A stretch of DNA of 59,052 nt from Candidatus Acidiferrales bacterium (lineage in GTDB: Bacteria > Eisenbacteria > RBG-16-71-46): positions 1 through 59,052 of the forward strand of contig DATJXF010000033.1 of the NCBI GenBank assembly GCA_035500415.1, read 5' to 3'. Made by a program: the position numbers and the translations under genes. Shown here in pieces: positions 41,381-51,186 of this stretch. The notes beneath the pieces were generated by a model that had not been told where the DNA came from, did no database searches, and saw only the letters and a list, made by a program, of their open reading frames with translations. How positions within the stretch are numbered: the stretch's first letter is position 1; every line of letters begins with the position of its first letter.

Positions 41381-44332
41381 GTGCCGGCGCCCGACGAGCC
41401 GATCCACCCGTTCCTCGCCTTCCAGCGGCTGATGCCGTTCCGCGTAAACGACATCCTGCTGGTCTCGAGCCTCTACGACTCGTTTACGCTGCAGGAGGAC
41501 GGCCGGCTCAACGAGCTGATCGCCGGCGAGTTCCTCGAGCTGTCCTCGCAGCAGACGCCGGGCCTCACCCACGTCTCGACAGGTGAGGAGGCGCTCGCGC
41601 TCGCGCGAGCCGAGCCGCGATTCAATCTGGTGCTGACCGCGCTCCACGCCGGCGACATGGACGCGGTGCAGCTCGCGAGCCGTGTGCGCGCCGCGGGGCT
41701 CGACGTGCCGGTCGTCGCGCTCGCGTACGACAACGAGGAGCGCAAGCAGTTCGAGAGCGGCCGCGACCTCTCGGCGATCGAGCGGCTGTTCCTCTGGCAG
41801 GGCGACGCGCGCATCCTCGTCGCGATCGTGAAGAGCGTCGAGGACCGCCGCAACGTGGCGCACGACACCGCGACCGTGGGCGTGCCCGTCGTGCTCGTGG
41901 TCGAAGACAACGTCCGCTACTACTCGTCGTTCCTGCCGACGATCTACACCGAGATCATCGAGCAGTCCGACCGCCTGCTGCGCGAGGGGCTCAACGCCTC
42001 GCACAAGCTCGTGCGGCTGCGCGCGCGTCCCAAGATCCTGCTCGCGACGACGTACGAGGAGGCGCAGGCGCTGGTCGACCGCTACGGACCGTACCTGCTG
42101 GGCCTCATCTCGGACGTCGAGTTCCCGCGCGAGCAGCGCCTCGCTCGCGACGCGGGCTTCGCGCTCGCGCGTCATGCCCGCACGGTCGCGCCCGACCTGC
42201 CCGTGCTGCTCCAGTCGAGCCGCGAGGAGTTCGCGGCCGGCGCGGCCGAAGCGGGCGTCGCGTTCCTGCGCAAGTACTCCGACACGCTGCTCGCCGAGCT
42301 GCGCGCGTTCATGGTCGAGAACTTCGGTTTCGGCGATTTCGTCTTCCGCCGCCCGAACGGCGTCGAGGTCGGGCGCGCGAGCGACCTCAAGTCGCTCGAG
42401 GACCGGCTGCGCACCGTGCCGGAGGACAGCCTCGTCTACCACGGCCAGCGCAACCATTTCTCGCGCTGGTTCACCGCCCGCACCGAGTTCGCGCTCGCGC
42501 GCCGGCTGAGGCCGCGGCGGGTCTCGGAGTTTCCGACGCCCGAGCACCTGCGCCGCGACCTGCTCGCCTCGATCGCCGATTACCGCCGCGAGCAGAGCGA
42601 CGTGCTGGTCGCGGACTTCGATCCCGCATCGTTCGATCCCGACGCGGGTTTCTTCGCGCGCCTGGGCGGCGGCTCGCTCGGCGGCAAGGCGCGCGGGCTG
42701 GCGTTCGTGCGCTTCCTGCTGCACTACCACGCGCTCAACCGCCGCTTCGCCGGCGTCCACATCGGCGTGCCGCAGGCGCTCGTGCTCGCGACCGACGTAT
42801 TCGACGAGTTCCTCGATCGCAACGGCCTGCGCTCGTTCGCGCTCGAGTGCGGCGACGACGCCGAGCTCGAGCGCGCGTTCCTCGCCGCGGAGCTGCCGGG
42901 GAGCGTGCTGGCGCGGCTCGAGGAGTTCCTCGCGCGGGTCCGCTGGCCGCTCGCGGTACGCTCGTCGAGCCTGCTCGAGGACTCGCCCTACCAGCCGTTC
43001 ACGGGCGTCTACGACACGCTGATGCTCGCGAACGACGCGCCGACGCTCGACCAGCGCCTGCAGCGTGTCGCGACCGCGATCCGGCGCGTTTACGCCTCGA
43101 CGTTCACGCGCCGCGCCAAGGACTACCTCCGCACGACCCCCTACCGGCTCGAGCAGGAGAAGATGGCGGTCGTGCTCCAGCGCGTCGTGGGCGAAGCGCA
43201 CGGCCCGCGCTTCTATCCCGACTTCGCGGGCGTCGCGCGCTCGCGCAACTTCTATCCGCCGCCGCCGCTCGCGCCCGAGGACGGCGTCGCGACCGTCGCG
43301 CTCGGCCTGGGCCGGCTGGTGGTCGAGGGCGGCCAGTGCCTGTCGTTCTCGCCACGTGCGCCGCGGAACATCCTGCAGTTCACCTCGGTCGAGGACGTGC
43401 TCGCGAACTCGCAGCGGGAGTTCTGGGCGATCGAGCTGGGCGCATCGGGCCCGGGCACGATGCGCGAATCGCGCTTCGGGCTCGACGTCGCCGAGGCCGA
43501 CGGCACGCTGTTCGCGCTGGGCTCGACCTATTCGAGCGAGAACCACGTCGTCTACGACGGGCTCTCGCGGCCGGGCGTGCGCCTCGTCTCGTTCGCGCCC
43601 GTCCTCAAGCACGGCGTCTTCCCGCTCGCGGACGTGCTCGAGCAGCTGCTCGACCTGGGCGCGCGCGGCATGAACCGCCCCGCCGAGATCGAGTTCGCCG
43701 TCCGGCTCTCGCCCCACGAGGACACGCCGCACGAGTTCGCGTTCCTCCAGATGCGGCCGCTCTCGCTCACGCCGGACGGCGACGCGCCCGAGATCGCGGT
43801 GCCCGACGCGGCGCGGCTGCTGTGCGAGAGCCCGGTCGTGCTCGGCAACGGCACGGTCGCCGGGCTGCACGACGTCGTCGTGGTGGATTTCCGGCGATTC
43901 GACCGCTCGCGCACGCTGGAAGCGGCCGCGCAGGTCGCGCGCTTCAACGCGCGGCTGCTCGCGGAGCGGCGGCCGTACGTGCTGATCGGCGTGGGGCGCT
44001 GGGGCTCGAACGATCCGTGGCTCGGCATCCCGGTCACGTGGGATCAGATCGCCGGCGCGCGCGTGATCGTCGAAGCGGGCTTTCGCGACCTGCGCGTCGC
44101 GCCGTCACAGGGCAGCCACTTCTTCCAGAACCTCACCTCGTTCCAGGTCGGCTACTTCACCGTGAACGAGGGCGCGGGCTTCGTCGACTGGGACTGGCTC
44201 GGGGCCCAGGCCGCGGCCGAGGACGGGCTCGTGCGGCACCTGCGCTTCGAGACGCCGCTCGTCGCGCTCATGGACGGGCGCCGGAGCCGCGGCGTGATCT
44301 ACAAGCCCGGCGAGTATCGCGTGGCGGAGTAG
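41381..44332 (+). CDS. pseudo-receiver + receiver + PEP/pyruvate-binding (PPDK_N, ATP-grasp) domain protein
   Basis: 983 aa. REC-like 1: FRVNDILLVSSLYD .. NLVLTALHAGDMD, with no acceptor Asp. REC-like 2: VVLVVEDN .. LLGLISDVEFP. PPDK_N: GGKARGLAFV, LAVRSSSLLEDSPYQPFTGVYDT. Confidence 0.8.
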   Translation: MPAPDEPIHPFLAFQRLMPFRVNDILLVSSLYDSFTLQEDGRLNELIAGEFLELSSQQTPGLTHVSTGEEALALARAEPRFNLVLTALHAGDMDAVQLASRVRAAGLDVPVVALAYDNEERKQFESGRDLSAIERLFLWQGDARILVAIVKSVEDRRNVAHDTATVGVPVVLVVEDNVRYYSSFLPTIYTEIIEQSDRLLREGLNASHKLVRLRARPKILLATTYEEAQALVDRYGPYLLGLISDVEFPREQRLARDAGFALARHARTVAPDLPVLLQSSREEFAAGAAEAGVAFLRKYSDTLLAELRAFMVENFGFGDFVFRRPNGVEVGRASDLKSLEDRLRTVPEDSLVYHGQRNHFSRWFTARTEFALARRLRPRRVSEFPTPEHLRRDLLASIADYRREQSDVLVADFDPASFDPDAGFFARLGGGSLGGKARGLAFVRFLLHYHALNRRFAGVHIGVPQALVLATDVFDEFLDRNGLRSFALECGDDAELERAFLAAELPGSVLARLEEFLARVRWPLAVRSSSLLEDSPYQPFTGVYDTLMLANDAPTLDQRLQRVATAIRRVYASTFTRRAKDYLRTTPYRLEQEKMAVVLQRVVGEAHGPRFYPDFAGVARSRNFYPPPPLAPEDGVATVALGLGRLVVEGGQCLSFSPRAPRNILQFTSVEDVLANSQREFWAIELGASGPGTMRESRFGLDVAEADGTLFALGSTYSSENHVVYDGLSRPGVRLVSFAPVLKHGVFPLADVLEQLLDLGARGMNRPAEIEFAVRLSPHEDTPHEFAFLQMRPLSLTPDGDAPEIAVPDAARLLCESPVVLGNGTVAGLHDVVVVDFRRFDRSRTLEAAAQVARFNARLLAERRPYVLIGVGRWGSNDPWLGIPVTWDQIAGARVIVEAGFRDLRVAPSQGSHFFQNLTSFQVGYFTVNEGAGFVDWDWLGAQAAAEDGLVRHLRFETPLVALMDGRRSRGVIYKPGEYRVAE

Positions 44333-44396
44333 CCGGGGACCCTGGCGCGACGCGCGCGGGCTGCCGCCACGGCGCGCTGCCCCTCCGGCGTTGGGC

Positions 44397-45443
44397 TCAC
44401 TCCTCGGCGGTGTCGGCCGCGTCGGCCGCGTCGGCGGCGTCCGCGACGTCCGCGCGCTGCTCCTTCGGCGGCTCGGCCGGGCGTACGAAGATCGCGCGCT
44501 CGCGCTCGATCGTCACCAGCCCCGGCTTCGAGCCACGCGGCTTGCGCACGTACTTCTTGAGCGTCCAGTGCACCGGCACCTTGCCCGCGGTGCGCGCCTT
44601 CGAGTGATACGCCGCCCAGCTCGCGACCTCCTCGAGGGTCGCGCGGCTCGGCTCGTTGGGGCCCCTGCCGCGGCGCAGCACGACGTGCGAGCCGGGACAG
44701 CCGTGGGCGTGGAACCAGTAGTCCTCGGGTCGCGCGAGGTGGAGCGTGAGGTGATCGTTGCCCTCGCTGGTGCGGCCGATCAGCACGTCCCAGCCCTCGC
44801 GGGTGCGGAAGCGCCACGGCTGGAGCCGCCCCGGCGTCGCGTCGCGCCGCAGCGGTGCGCGCGCGGGCGTGGTGGGCGATGCGCGCGGTCGCGCGGGCGG
44901 CTCGGCCGCGAGCCCCAGCGTGCGGCGCGGCAGCGGATCGGGCGCGCGGATCTGCTCGCGGACCGTCCGTCCCAGCCGGAAGAGCTCGCGCTCGAGCTCG
45001 AGCAGCGCACCATCCCGTGCCGCATCGTCCGTTGCGCTCGAGAGCGATGCGAGCCGGGCGCGCAGCGCGTCGCGCTCGGCGGCGACCGCGGCGAGGCGCG
45101 GCGGGATCTCTCGCCGGCCGCGCTCGGCGCGCGCGGCGCGCCTGAAGTAGCGCGCCGCGTTCGCCGCCGCGCCGTGGCGCGGCTCGAGCGCGATCGCCAG
45201 CGTGCGCGCCGGGTCGGCCGGGTCGGGCAGCGTGACCTCGCCCGCGCGCGCCGGCACCTGGTGCGCGTACGCGAGCAGCGCTTCGGCCGCGCGGCGGAAC
45301 TCCGCGGCGCGCTCCGCCTCGGCGAGGTCGCCGCGCAGGGCCTCGAGCTTGCGCTCGAGCCGCGCGGCGTAGCGGCCGAGCGCGCGCACGAGCGACTCGC
45401 GACGGCGGTCCTCCGCTGGCGCGTGCGCGTCGTCGTCGCTCAT
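44397..45443 (-). CDS. NFACT-R (DUF814) domain protein, RqcH C-terminal-half-like
   Basis: Coiled-coil N-terminal half, then GWDVLIGRTSEGNDHLTLHLARPEDYWFHAHGCPGSHVVLR. Acidic repeat tail ADVADAADAADAADTAEE. Confidence 0.75.
   Translation of the reverse strand: MSDDDAHAPAEDRRRESLVRALGRYAARLERKLEALRGDLAEAERAAEFRRAAEALLAYAHQVPARAGEVTLPDPADPARTLAIALEPRHGAAANAARYFRRAARAERGRREIPPRLAAVAAERDALRARLASLSSATDDAARDGALLELERELFRLGRTVREQIRAPDPLPRRTLGLAAEPPARPRASPTTPARAPLRRDATPGRLQPWRFRTREGWDVLIGRTSEGNDHLTLHLARPEDYWFHAHGCPGSHVVLRRGRGPNEPSRATLEEVASWAAYHSKARTAGKVPVHWTLKKYVRKPRGSKPGLVTIERERAIFVRPAEPPKEQRADVADAADAADAADTAEE
44412..44456. repeat. imperfect 9-bp tandem repeat (5 units) encoding the (DAA)n tail
   Basis: GTCGGCCGC GTCGGCCGC GTCGGCGGC GTCCGCGAC GTCCGCGCG on the plus strand. 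Confidence 0.7.
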
Positions 45444-45640
45444 GGCCGCAAGCTAGGCGAGCCGGACGGAGCCGGCAAACACCGCGGCCCCGCGCCGAGT
45501 TCCACGCTCCCGAACGGAGCGTCGCCCTGGGACGCCGGCGGCTCGATGCTGCCGATTCGGGACGACGTACGGGCTCGTGGCTGCGCCCCACGCGAGCGCG
45601 TGAACCCGCGCGAATCGCGGCTTTCGAGCGCCTCGCGGCT

Positions 45641-45670
45641 TTGACTCCGCCGACCCCGCTCCCGTACCTT
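45641..45670 (+). promoter_or_regulatory. putative promoter of the yicC operon
   Basis: TTGACT (45641-45646), 18 nt, TACCTT (45665-45670). GGAGG lies 7 nt before ATG 45705. Hexamer match only. Confidence 0.3.
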
Positions 45671-45704
45671 CGCCCGTCCCCGCCGCACCCACGGAGGTCC
45701 CCGC

Positions 45705-46583
45705 ATGATCCGCAGCATGACCGGCTACGGCGCGGCCGAGATCGACCGCAACGGCCAGCGCCTGTCGGCCGAGATCCGGTCGGTCAACCACCGGTTCTGC
45801 GAGGTTTCCGTGCGGGCGCCCAAGGTGGCGCTGCTGTTCGAGGACCAGATCCGCCAGCTCATCCAGGACCGCTTCTCGCGCGGCAAGTTCAACCTCACGA
45901 TCAACTGGTCCGGCGCGGGCGGCGAGGGCGAAGTGCTCAAGCTCAACGAGGCGGTCGCCGACCGCTACGTCGCGCTCATGAGCCAGCTGCGCGAGCGTTA
46001 CCACCTCTCCGGCAACCTCGAGCTCAGCACGCTCGCCGGCCTGCCCGACCTGTTCGCGTGGGAGCACTCGGCGATGTCGGACGAGGAGACCTGGACGCTG
46101 GTGCAGGAGCTCGTCGATCAGTGCTGCGCGAGCATGAACCAGATGAAGGCGCGCGAGGGCGCGGCGCTCGCCGCCGACCTCGTGAAGCGGCTGGCGCTCA
46201 TCCGCACGCAGCTCCAGCGGATCTCCTCGCGCGCGCCGCTCCGCCCGGTCGAGGCCAAGGACCGCATGGTGGCCCGGCTGCGCGCGCTCATGGACGACGT
46301 CGAGATGGATCCGATCCGCATCGCGCAGGAAGTTGCGATGCTCGCCGACCGGCTCGACTGCACCGAGGAGTGCGTGCGGCTCGATGCGCACCTCGACCAG
46401 TTCCGGCACCTGATCGAGGGCCCGGAGCTGGCGGGTCGCAAGCTCAACTTCCTGCTCCAGGAGATGAACCGGGAGGCGAACACGATCGGCTCGAAGGCGA
46501 ACGACGTGGAGATCGCGCACGCGGTGATCGTGATGAAGGAAGAGATCGAGCGCCTGCGCGAGCAGGTGCAGAACGTGGAATAG
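45705..46583 (+). CDS. yicC: YicC family stress-induced protein
   Basis: MIRSMTGYG .. SVNHRF .. C-terminal LLQEMNREANTIGSKAND .. IERLREQVQNVE. Confidence 0.9.
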   Translation: MIRSMTGYGAAEIDRNGQRLSAEIRSVNHRFCEVSVRAPKVALLFEDQIRQLIQDRFSRGKFNLTINWSGAGGEGEVLKLNEAVADRYVALMSQLRERYHLSGNLELSTLAGLPDLFAWEHSAMSDEETWTLVQELVDQCCASMNQMKAREGAALAADLVKRLALIRTQLQRISSRAPLRPVEAKDRMVARLRALMDDVEMDPIRIAQEVAMLADRLDCTEECVRLDAHLDQFRHLIEGPELAGRKLNFLLQEMNREANTIGSKANDVEIAHAVIVMKEEIERLREQVQNVE

Positions 46584-46585
46584 GC

Positions 46586-47215
46586 GTGGCCGGCCGCTCC
46601 GCCGCGCGCGGCTCGCTCTCGCCGGGCAAGCTCAGGCCCTCGGGGTTCCTGCTCGTCGTCTCGGGGCCTTCAGGCGTGGGCAAGGGCACGCTGGTGCGCG
46701 GCCTTCTGAAGGCGCGGCCGGGTTGCCGGTTCTCCGTGTCCGCGACCACGCGGCCGCCGCGGCCGGGTGAGCGCAACGGACGCGAGTACTGGTTCCAGTC
46801 ACGCGAGGAGTTCGTCGCGAACCGGCGGCGCGGCTGGTTCCTCGAGTGGGCGCGCGTGCACGATCACCTTTACGGGACGCCGATTCGCGAGGTCGAGAAG
46901 CAGACGGACGCCGGGCGAGTTATCGTGCTCGACGTGGACGTGCAGGGCGGCGCGAGCGTGCGCCGGCGCAGGCCCGACGCGGTCAGCGTGTTCGTGGCGC
47001 CGCCCTCGCTCGCGGAGCTCAAGCGCCGGCTGGTCGGGCGACGCACCGAATCGACGGACGTGATCCGCACGCGGCTGCGCAACGCGCGACGGGAGATTCC
47101 GCAGTACGTGCACTATGACTACCTGGTCGTCAACGACCGGCTGCCGGAGGCGATCCGGCAGCTGGTCGAGATCCACGACGTCGAACGGCGTCGCGTTCAG
47201 CGGCTCTCGCGCTGA
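46586..47215 (+). CDS. gmk: guanylate kinase
   Basis: In frame within ORF 45641..47215. GTG 46586 lies 2 nt after the yicC stop. SGPSGVGKGT, SATTRPPRPGERNGREYWF. Confidence 0.9.
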   Translation: MAGRSAARGSLSPGKLRPSGFLLVVSGPSGVGKGTLVRGLLKARPGCRFSVSATTRPPRPGERNGREYWFQSREEFVANRRRGWFLEWARVHDHLYGTPIREVEKQTDAGRVIVLDVDVQGGASVRRRRPDAVSVFVAPPSLAELKRRLVGRRTESTDVIRTRLRNARREIPQYVHYDYLVVNDRLPEAIRQLVEIHDVERRRVQRLSR

Positions 47216-47303
47216 ACGCCCCGCCCGCGCGGCCGCCCCACGGGTGGGCGGTGGCGCGAATCCGAACCCGGTGGGCGCTGCCCTGTACAAAGGAGTATGA
47301 CGC

Positions 47304-47531
47304 GTGAAGCTTTCTTCCCTGGTTTCCCCTCCCGGCAAGAGCAAGTACGAGCTGGCGATCGTCGCCGCGCGCGAAGCGCGCAGGCTCAACGACTGGACCC
47401 GTCGCAGTGGCGAGACGCTGCCCGGCAAGGTCACCGCGGTCGCGCTCGAGCGCGTGATCCACGACGACGTGCCCTTCTACTACGAGGATCCGACGATGGT
47501 GCTGGCCGCGCCCGAAGCGCCGCTCGAGTAG
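47304..47531 (+). CDS. rpoZ: DNA-directed RNA polymerase subunit omega
   Basis: 75 aa. SKYELAIVAAREARRLN. AAAGGAG lies 8 nt upstream of GTG 47304. The gmk-rpoZ order is conserved. Confidence 0.8.
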   Translation: MKLSSLVSPPGKSKYELAIVAAREARRLNDWTRRSGETLPGKVTAVALERVIHDDVPFYYEDPTMVLAAPEAPLE

Positions 47532-47536
47532 CGGAG

Positions 47537-48841
47537 ATGCTCCGGGATCGCGTCGTCGTCGTCGGCGTCTCCGGCGGCATCGCGGCCTACAAGGCCTGCG
47601 AGCTGGTCCGCCGGCTGCGCGAGCGCGGCGCCGCGGTCGTGGTCGTGATGACGCCGGCGGCGTGCGAGTTCGTGACGCCGCTCACGTTCCAGGCGCTCTC
47701 GGGCAATCCGGTCGTGACGACGCTCTGGGGCGATCAGCGGCCGCGCTTCGAGCTGCCGCTCGAATCGCGCGCGAAGATGGGCGGAGCGATCGAGCACGTC
47801 GACCTCGCCGAGGCGGCGGATGCCGTCGTGCTCGCGCCGGCGACCGCGGATCTGATGGCGCGGCTCGTCCACGGCGAGGCGCCCGACGCGCTCACCGCGC
47901 TCGCGCTCGCGAGCCGGGCACCGCTCGTCGTCGCGCCCGCGATGGACGTGCAGATGTGGCGCGCGGCCGCGACGCAGGCGAACGTGCGCGCGCTGCGGGC
48001 GCGCGGCGCAGGCTTCGTCGGCCCGGCGGACGGCCCGCTCGCATCGGGACTCGCCGGCCCCGGACGCCTCGCCGAGATCGCGGACATCGTCGCGGGCGTC
48101 GAGCACGCGGTCGAGCGCCGCGCCTCGCTCGCCGGCGCGCGCGTGCTGGTGGGCGCGGGCCGCACCGAGGAGCCCGTCGACCCCGTGCGCGTGCTGACGA
48201 ACCGCTCGAGCGGACGCATGGGCTTCGCGCTCGCGGAGGCGGCACGCGATCGCGGCGCCGAGGTGACGCTGGTGGCCGGGCCGGCGAGCATCGATCCGCC
48301 GGGCGGCGTCGCGCTCGTCGGCGTTTCGACGGCCGAGGAGATGCGTCGCGCGATGACGGCCGCGGCCGCGGCGACCGACGTGGTGCTCATGGCCGCTGCG
48401 GTGGCGGACTACCGCCCGGCGCGCGCCTCGGCACAGAAACTCAAGCGCAAGGAGGCGCCCACGTCGCTCCCGCTCGAGCCCACCGCCGACATCCTCGCCG
48501 AGCTGGGCGCCGCTCGCCGTCCCGGGCAGGTGCTCGTCGGATTCGCGCTCGAGACCCGCGCGGGCCTCGCGAACGCGCGCGCGAAGCGCGCGGCGAAGAA
48601 CGTCGACCTGATCGTGCTCAACTCGCCCGGCGAGGGTTTGGGCGGCGAGACCAACCGCGTGACGCTCGTCGACGCGAGCTCGGCGCGGGCGCTGCCGCGC
48701 GCCACCAAGCGCGAGATCGCCGAGGCGATCCTGGATCGCGTGCTCGAACTGCGCGGCAGGGGGCGCCGGCCGGCCAGGCGTGCGGGCGGGCGCACGAGGG
48801 CGACGGCCGCGCCCGGACGCCCGAAGCGGAGGCGCGCGTGA
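47537..48841 (+). CDS. coaBC: bifunctional phosphopantothenoylcysteine decarboxylase / phosphopantothenate-cysteine ligase
   Basis: ORF 47297..48841 trimmed to MLRDRVVVVGVSGGIAAYKA. PAMDVQMW, RVLTNRSSGRMG. Arg-rich C-terminal tail. Confidence 0.93.
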   Translation: MLRDRVVVVGVSGGIAAYKACELVRRLRERGAAVVVVMTPAACEFVTPLTFQALSGNPVVTTLWGDQRPRFELPLESRAKMGGAIEHVDLAEAADAVVLAPATADLMARLVHGEAPDALTALALASRAPLVVAPAMDVQMWRAAATQANVRALRARGAGFVGPADGPLASGLAGPGRLAEIADIVAGVEHAVERRASLAGARVLVGAGRTEEPVDPVRVLTNRSSGRMGFALAEAARDRGAEVTLVAGPASIDPPGGVALVGVSTAEEMRRAMTAAAAATDVVLMAAAVADYRPARASAQKLKRKEAPTSLPLEPTADILAELGAARRPGQVLVGFALETRAGLANARAKRAAKNVDLIVLNSPGEGLGGETNRVTLVDASSARALPRATKREIAEAILDRVLELRGRGRRPARRAGGRTRATAAPGRPKRRRA

Positions 48842-49761
48842 GCGGCGAGGGCATCCGCGACGAGGCGGCGGCGATCGCGAACGCGGTCCGGCGGCTGCTC
48901 GAGCGCGAGCGCGGGGCAACCGGCTACGCCGGCTCGAGTGGTGGGGAGCTGCTCGCCGCGGGCATCGCTCGGGCGCGGGCGAGCGTTGCGCGGCCGGCCC
49001 CGGCCGCGGACGAGCGGGAGGCTGCGGTGACGGTCGCTGCGCGGCCCGGCCCGGTGGCGGACGAGCGGGAGGCTACGGTGGCGGTCGCGGCGTCCGCGGC
49101 GCTCGAGCCGCTGCCGGCGTTCACGGACGATCTGTTTCCCTCGGCGCTCGCGGGCGGGCGCGCCGAGCTCACCTCGCTGTCGCGCCCGACGCTCGAGATC
49201 ATTGCCGCCGAAGCGCGCGCGTGTACGAAGTGCGGGCTCTGCCGGACGCGCACCCAGGCCGTGCCCGGCGTCGGCTCGGCGGCGAGCGGCATCGTGTTCG
49301 TCGGCGAGGCGCCCGGCGCGGACGAGGACGCGCGGGGCGAGCCCTTCGTCGGTCGCGCGGGCGAGCTGCTCACGCGCATGATCGCGGCGATGGACGAGAA
49401 GCACCTGATCCCGGGCGTTCCGCTCTCGCGCGAGACGGTGTACATCTGCAACGTGCTCAAGTGCCGCCCGCCCGAGAACCGCAATCCGCTGCCGCACGAG
49501 ATCGAGGCCTGCTCGCCGTACGTGATCCGGCAGCTCGAGGCGCTGCAGCCGCGCATCATCTGCTGCCTTGGCAAGTTCGCGGCCGAGCTGCTGCTCGGCA
49601 TCAAAGGCGCCGTCGGGGCGATGCGCGGCAAGACCTATCGCTGGCGCGGCGCGAAGCTCATCGTGACGTACCATCCGGCCTACTGCCTGCGCAGTCCGAG
49701 CGCCAAGCGTCCCGTGTGGGACGACCTGCAGCGCCTCGCGCAGGAATACCTGACGGACTGA
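48838..49761 (+). CDS. family-4 uracil-DNA glycosylase with ~115-aa N-terminal extension
   Basis: GTG 48838 overlaps the coaBC stop (GTGA). [43 protein letters not shown]. Confidence 0.88.
   Translation: MSGEGIRDEAAAIANAVRRLLERERGATGYAGSSGGELLAAGIARARASVARPAPAADEREAAVTVAARPGPVADEREATVAVAASAALEPLPAFTDDLFPSALAGGRAELTSLSRPTLEIIAAEARACTKCGLCRTRTQAVPGVGSAASGIVFVGEAPGADEDARGEPFVGRAGELLTRMIAAMDEKHLIPGVPLSRETVYICNVLKCRPPENRNPLPHEIEACSPYVIRQLEALQPRIICCLGKFAAELLLGIKGAVGAMRGKTYRWRGAKLIVTYHPAYCLRSPSAKRPVWDDLQRLAQEYLTD
48991..49092 (+). repeat. 51-bp tandem duplication inside the UDG N-terminal extension
   Basis: 48991-49041 and 49042-49092 encode [17 protein letters not shown] / [17 protein letters not shown]. 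Confidence 0.9.
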
Positions 49762-49793
49762 TCGCGCGACGCGCCGATCGGCGGGAGCCAGCC

Positions 49794-51176
49794 ATGACCG
49801 ACACCCTCGCAGGAATCGCCGGTAACGCAGCGGGGCTCACGCCGCCGCAGGCGCTCGACGCCGAGCGCTCGATCCTCGCCGCCATGATGCTCGACCAGTC
49901 CGCGATCGGCCGTGCGGTCGAGTCGATCGACGCGTCGGCGTTCTATCGCTCGGCGCACGCGCGCGTCTTCGAGGCGCTCGTCTCGCTCTACAACCGCAGC
50001 GAGGCCGCCGATCTCGTCACGGTCATCGAGGAGCTGCGCAAGCGTGGCGACCTCGAGGCGGCCGGCGGTCCGAGCGCGCTCGCCGGCATCCTCGAGGCGG
50101 CGACGACGACCGCGAACCTCGAGCACTACGTGCGAATCGTGCACTCGAAGGCGATCCTGCGGCAGCTGATCCGTGCGACCAACGAGATCCAGCAGCAGTG
50201 CTACGCCGGGCAGGACGAGACGGCGGACCTGCTCGACCAGGCCGAGGCGCGCATCTTCGCGATCACCGATCAGCGCATCCGCCAGGGGTTCGTCGGCATT
50301 CGCGAGCTCCTCAAGCCAACGTTCGACCACATCCAGAAGCTGTTCGAGCGCAAGGTGCAGGTCACCGGCGTACCGAGCGGCTGGGACGACCTCGACAAGC
50401 TGACGAGCGGCTGGCAGCCCGGCGACTTCGTCATCCTCGCGGGCCGGCCGAGCATGGGGAAGACGTCGGCGGCGATGAACATCGCCGAGAACGCGGCGAT
50501 TCGCGCCGGCGTGCCGGTGGCGGTGTTCTCGCTCGAGATGAGCAAGGAGCAGCTCGCGCTGCGCCTGCTCTGCTCGCAGAGCGAGGTGCCGCTGAACAAG
50601 CTGCGCACGGGCTTTCTTGGCAACGAGGACTGGCCGCGGCTCACGACCGGCGCGGGGCTGCTCACGCAGGCGCCGATCTACATCGACGACTCCGCTTCGC
50701 TCAGCGTGCTCGAGGTGCGAGCGAAGTGCCGGCGTCTCAAGTCCGAGGGCAAGCTCGGGCTCGTGATCATCGATTACCTTCAGCTCATGCGCACGTCGAC
50801 GCCCGTGGAGAACCGGGTGCAGGAGATCTCCCAGATCAGCCGCGGACTCAAGGCGCTCGCGAAGGAGTTGTCCGTCCCGGTCATCGCGCTCTCGCAGCTC
50901 TCGCGCGCCGTCGAGCAGCGCGGCGGCGGCGGGAGGCCGCAGATGAGCGACCTGCGCGACTCGGGCAGCCTCGAGCAGGACGCCGACGTCGTGCTGTTCG
51001 TCTACCGCGAGGTGGTGTACAAGCCGGACACGGCCGAGCCCGGCAAGGCGCAGCTCATCATCGCGAAGCAGCGCAACGGCCCCACCGACGACGTCAACCT
51101 CACGTTCATGCGCGACTGCACCAAGTTCGTGCCCTACAGCCCGGCGTTCGCGGGCGAGGCGGAGCCCGGGTTCTGA
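49794..51176 (+). CDS. dnaB: replicative DNA helicase
   Basis: PPQALDAERSILAAMML, Walker A GRPSMGKTS, IIDYLQLM, SQLSRAVEQR. Confidence 0.96.
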   Translation: MTDTLAGIAGNAAGLTPPQALDAERSILAAMMLDQSAIGRAVESIDASAFYRSAHARVFEALVSLYNRSEAADLVTVIEELRKRGDLEAAGGPSALAGILEAATTTANLEHYVRIVHSKAILRQLIRATNEIQQQCYAGQDETADLLDQAEARIFAITDQRIRQGFVGIRELLKPTFDHIQKLFERKVQVTGVPSGWDDLDKLTSGWQPGDFVILAGRPSMGKTSAAMNIAENAAIRAGVPVAVFSLEMSKEQLALRLLCSQSEVPLNKLRTGFLGNEDWPRLTTGAGLLTQAPIYIDDSASLSVLEVRAKCRRLKSEGKLGLVIIDYLQLMRTSTPVENRVQEISQISRGLKALAKELSVPVIALSQLSRAVEQRGGGGRPQMSDLRDSGSLEQDADVVLFVYREVVYKPDTAEPGKAQLIIAKQRNGPTDDVNLTFMRDCTKFVPYSPAFAGEAEPGF

Positions 51177-51186
51177 TCCCCACGCC

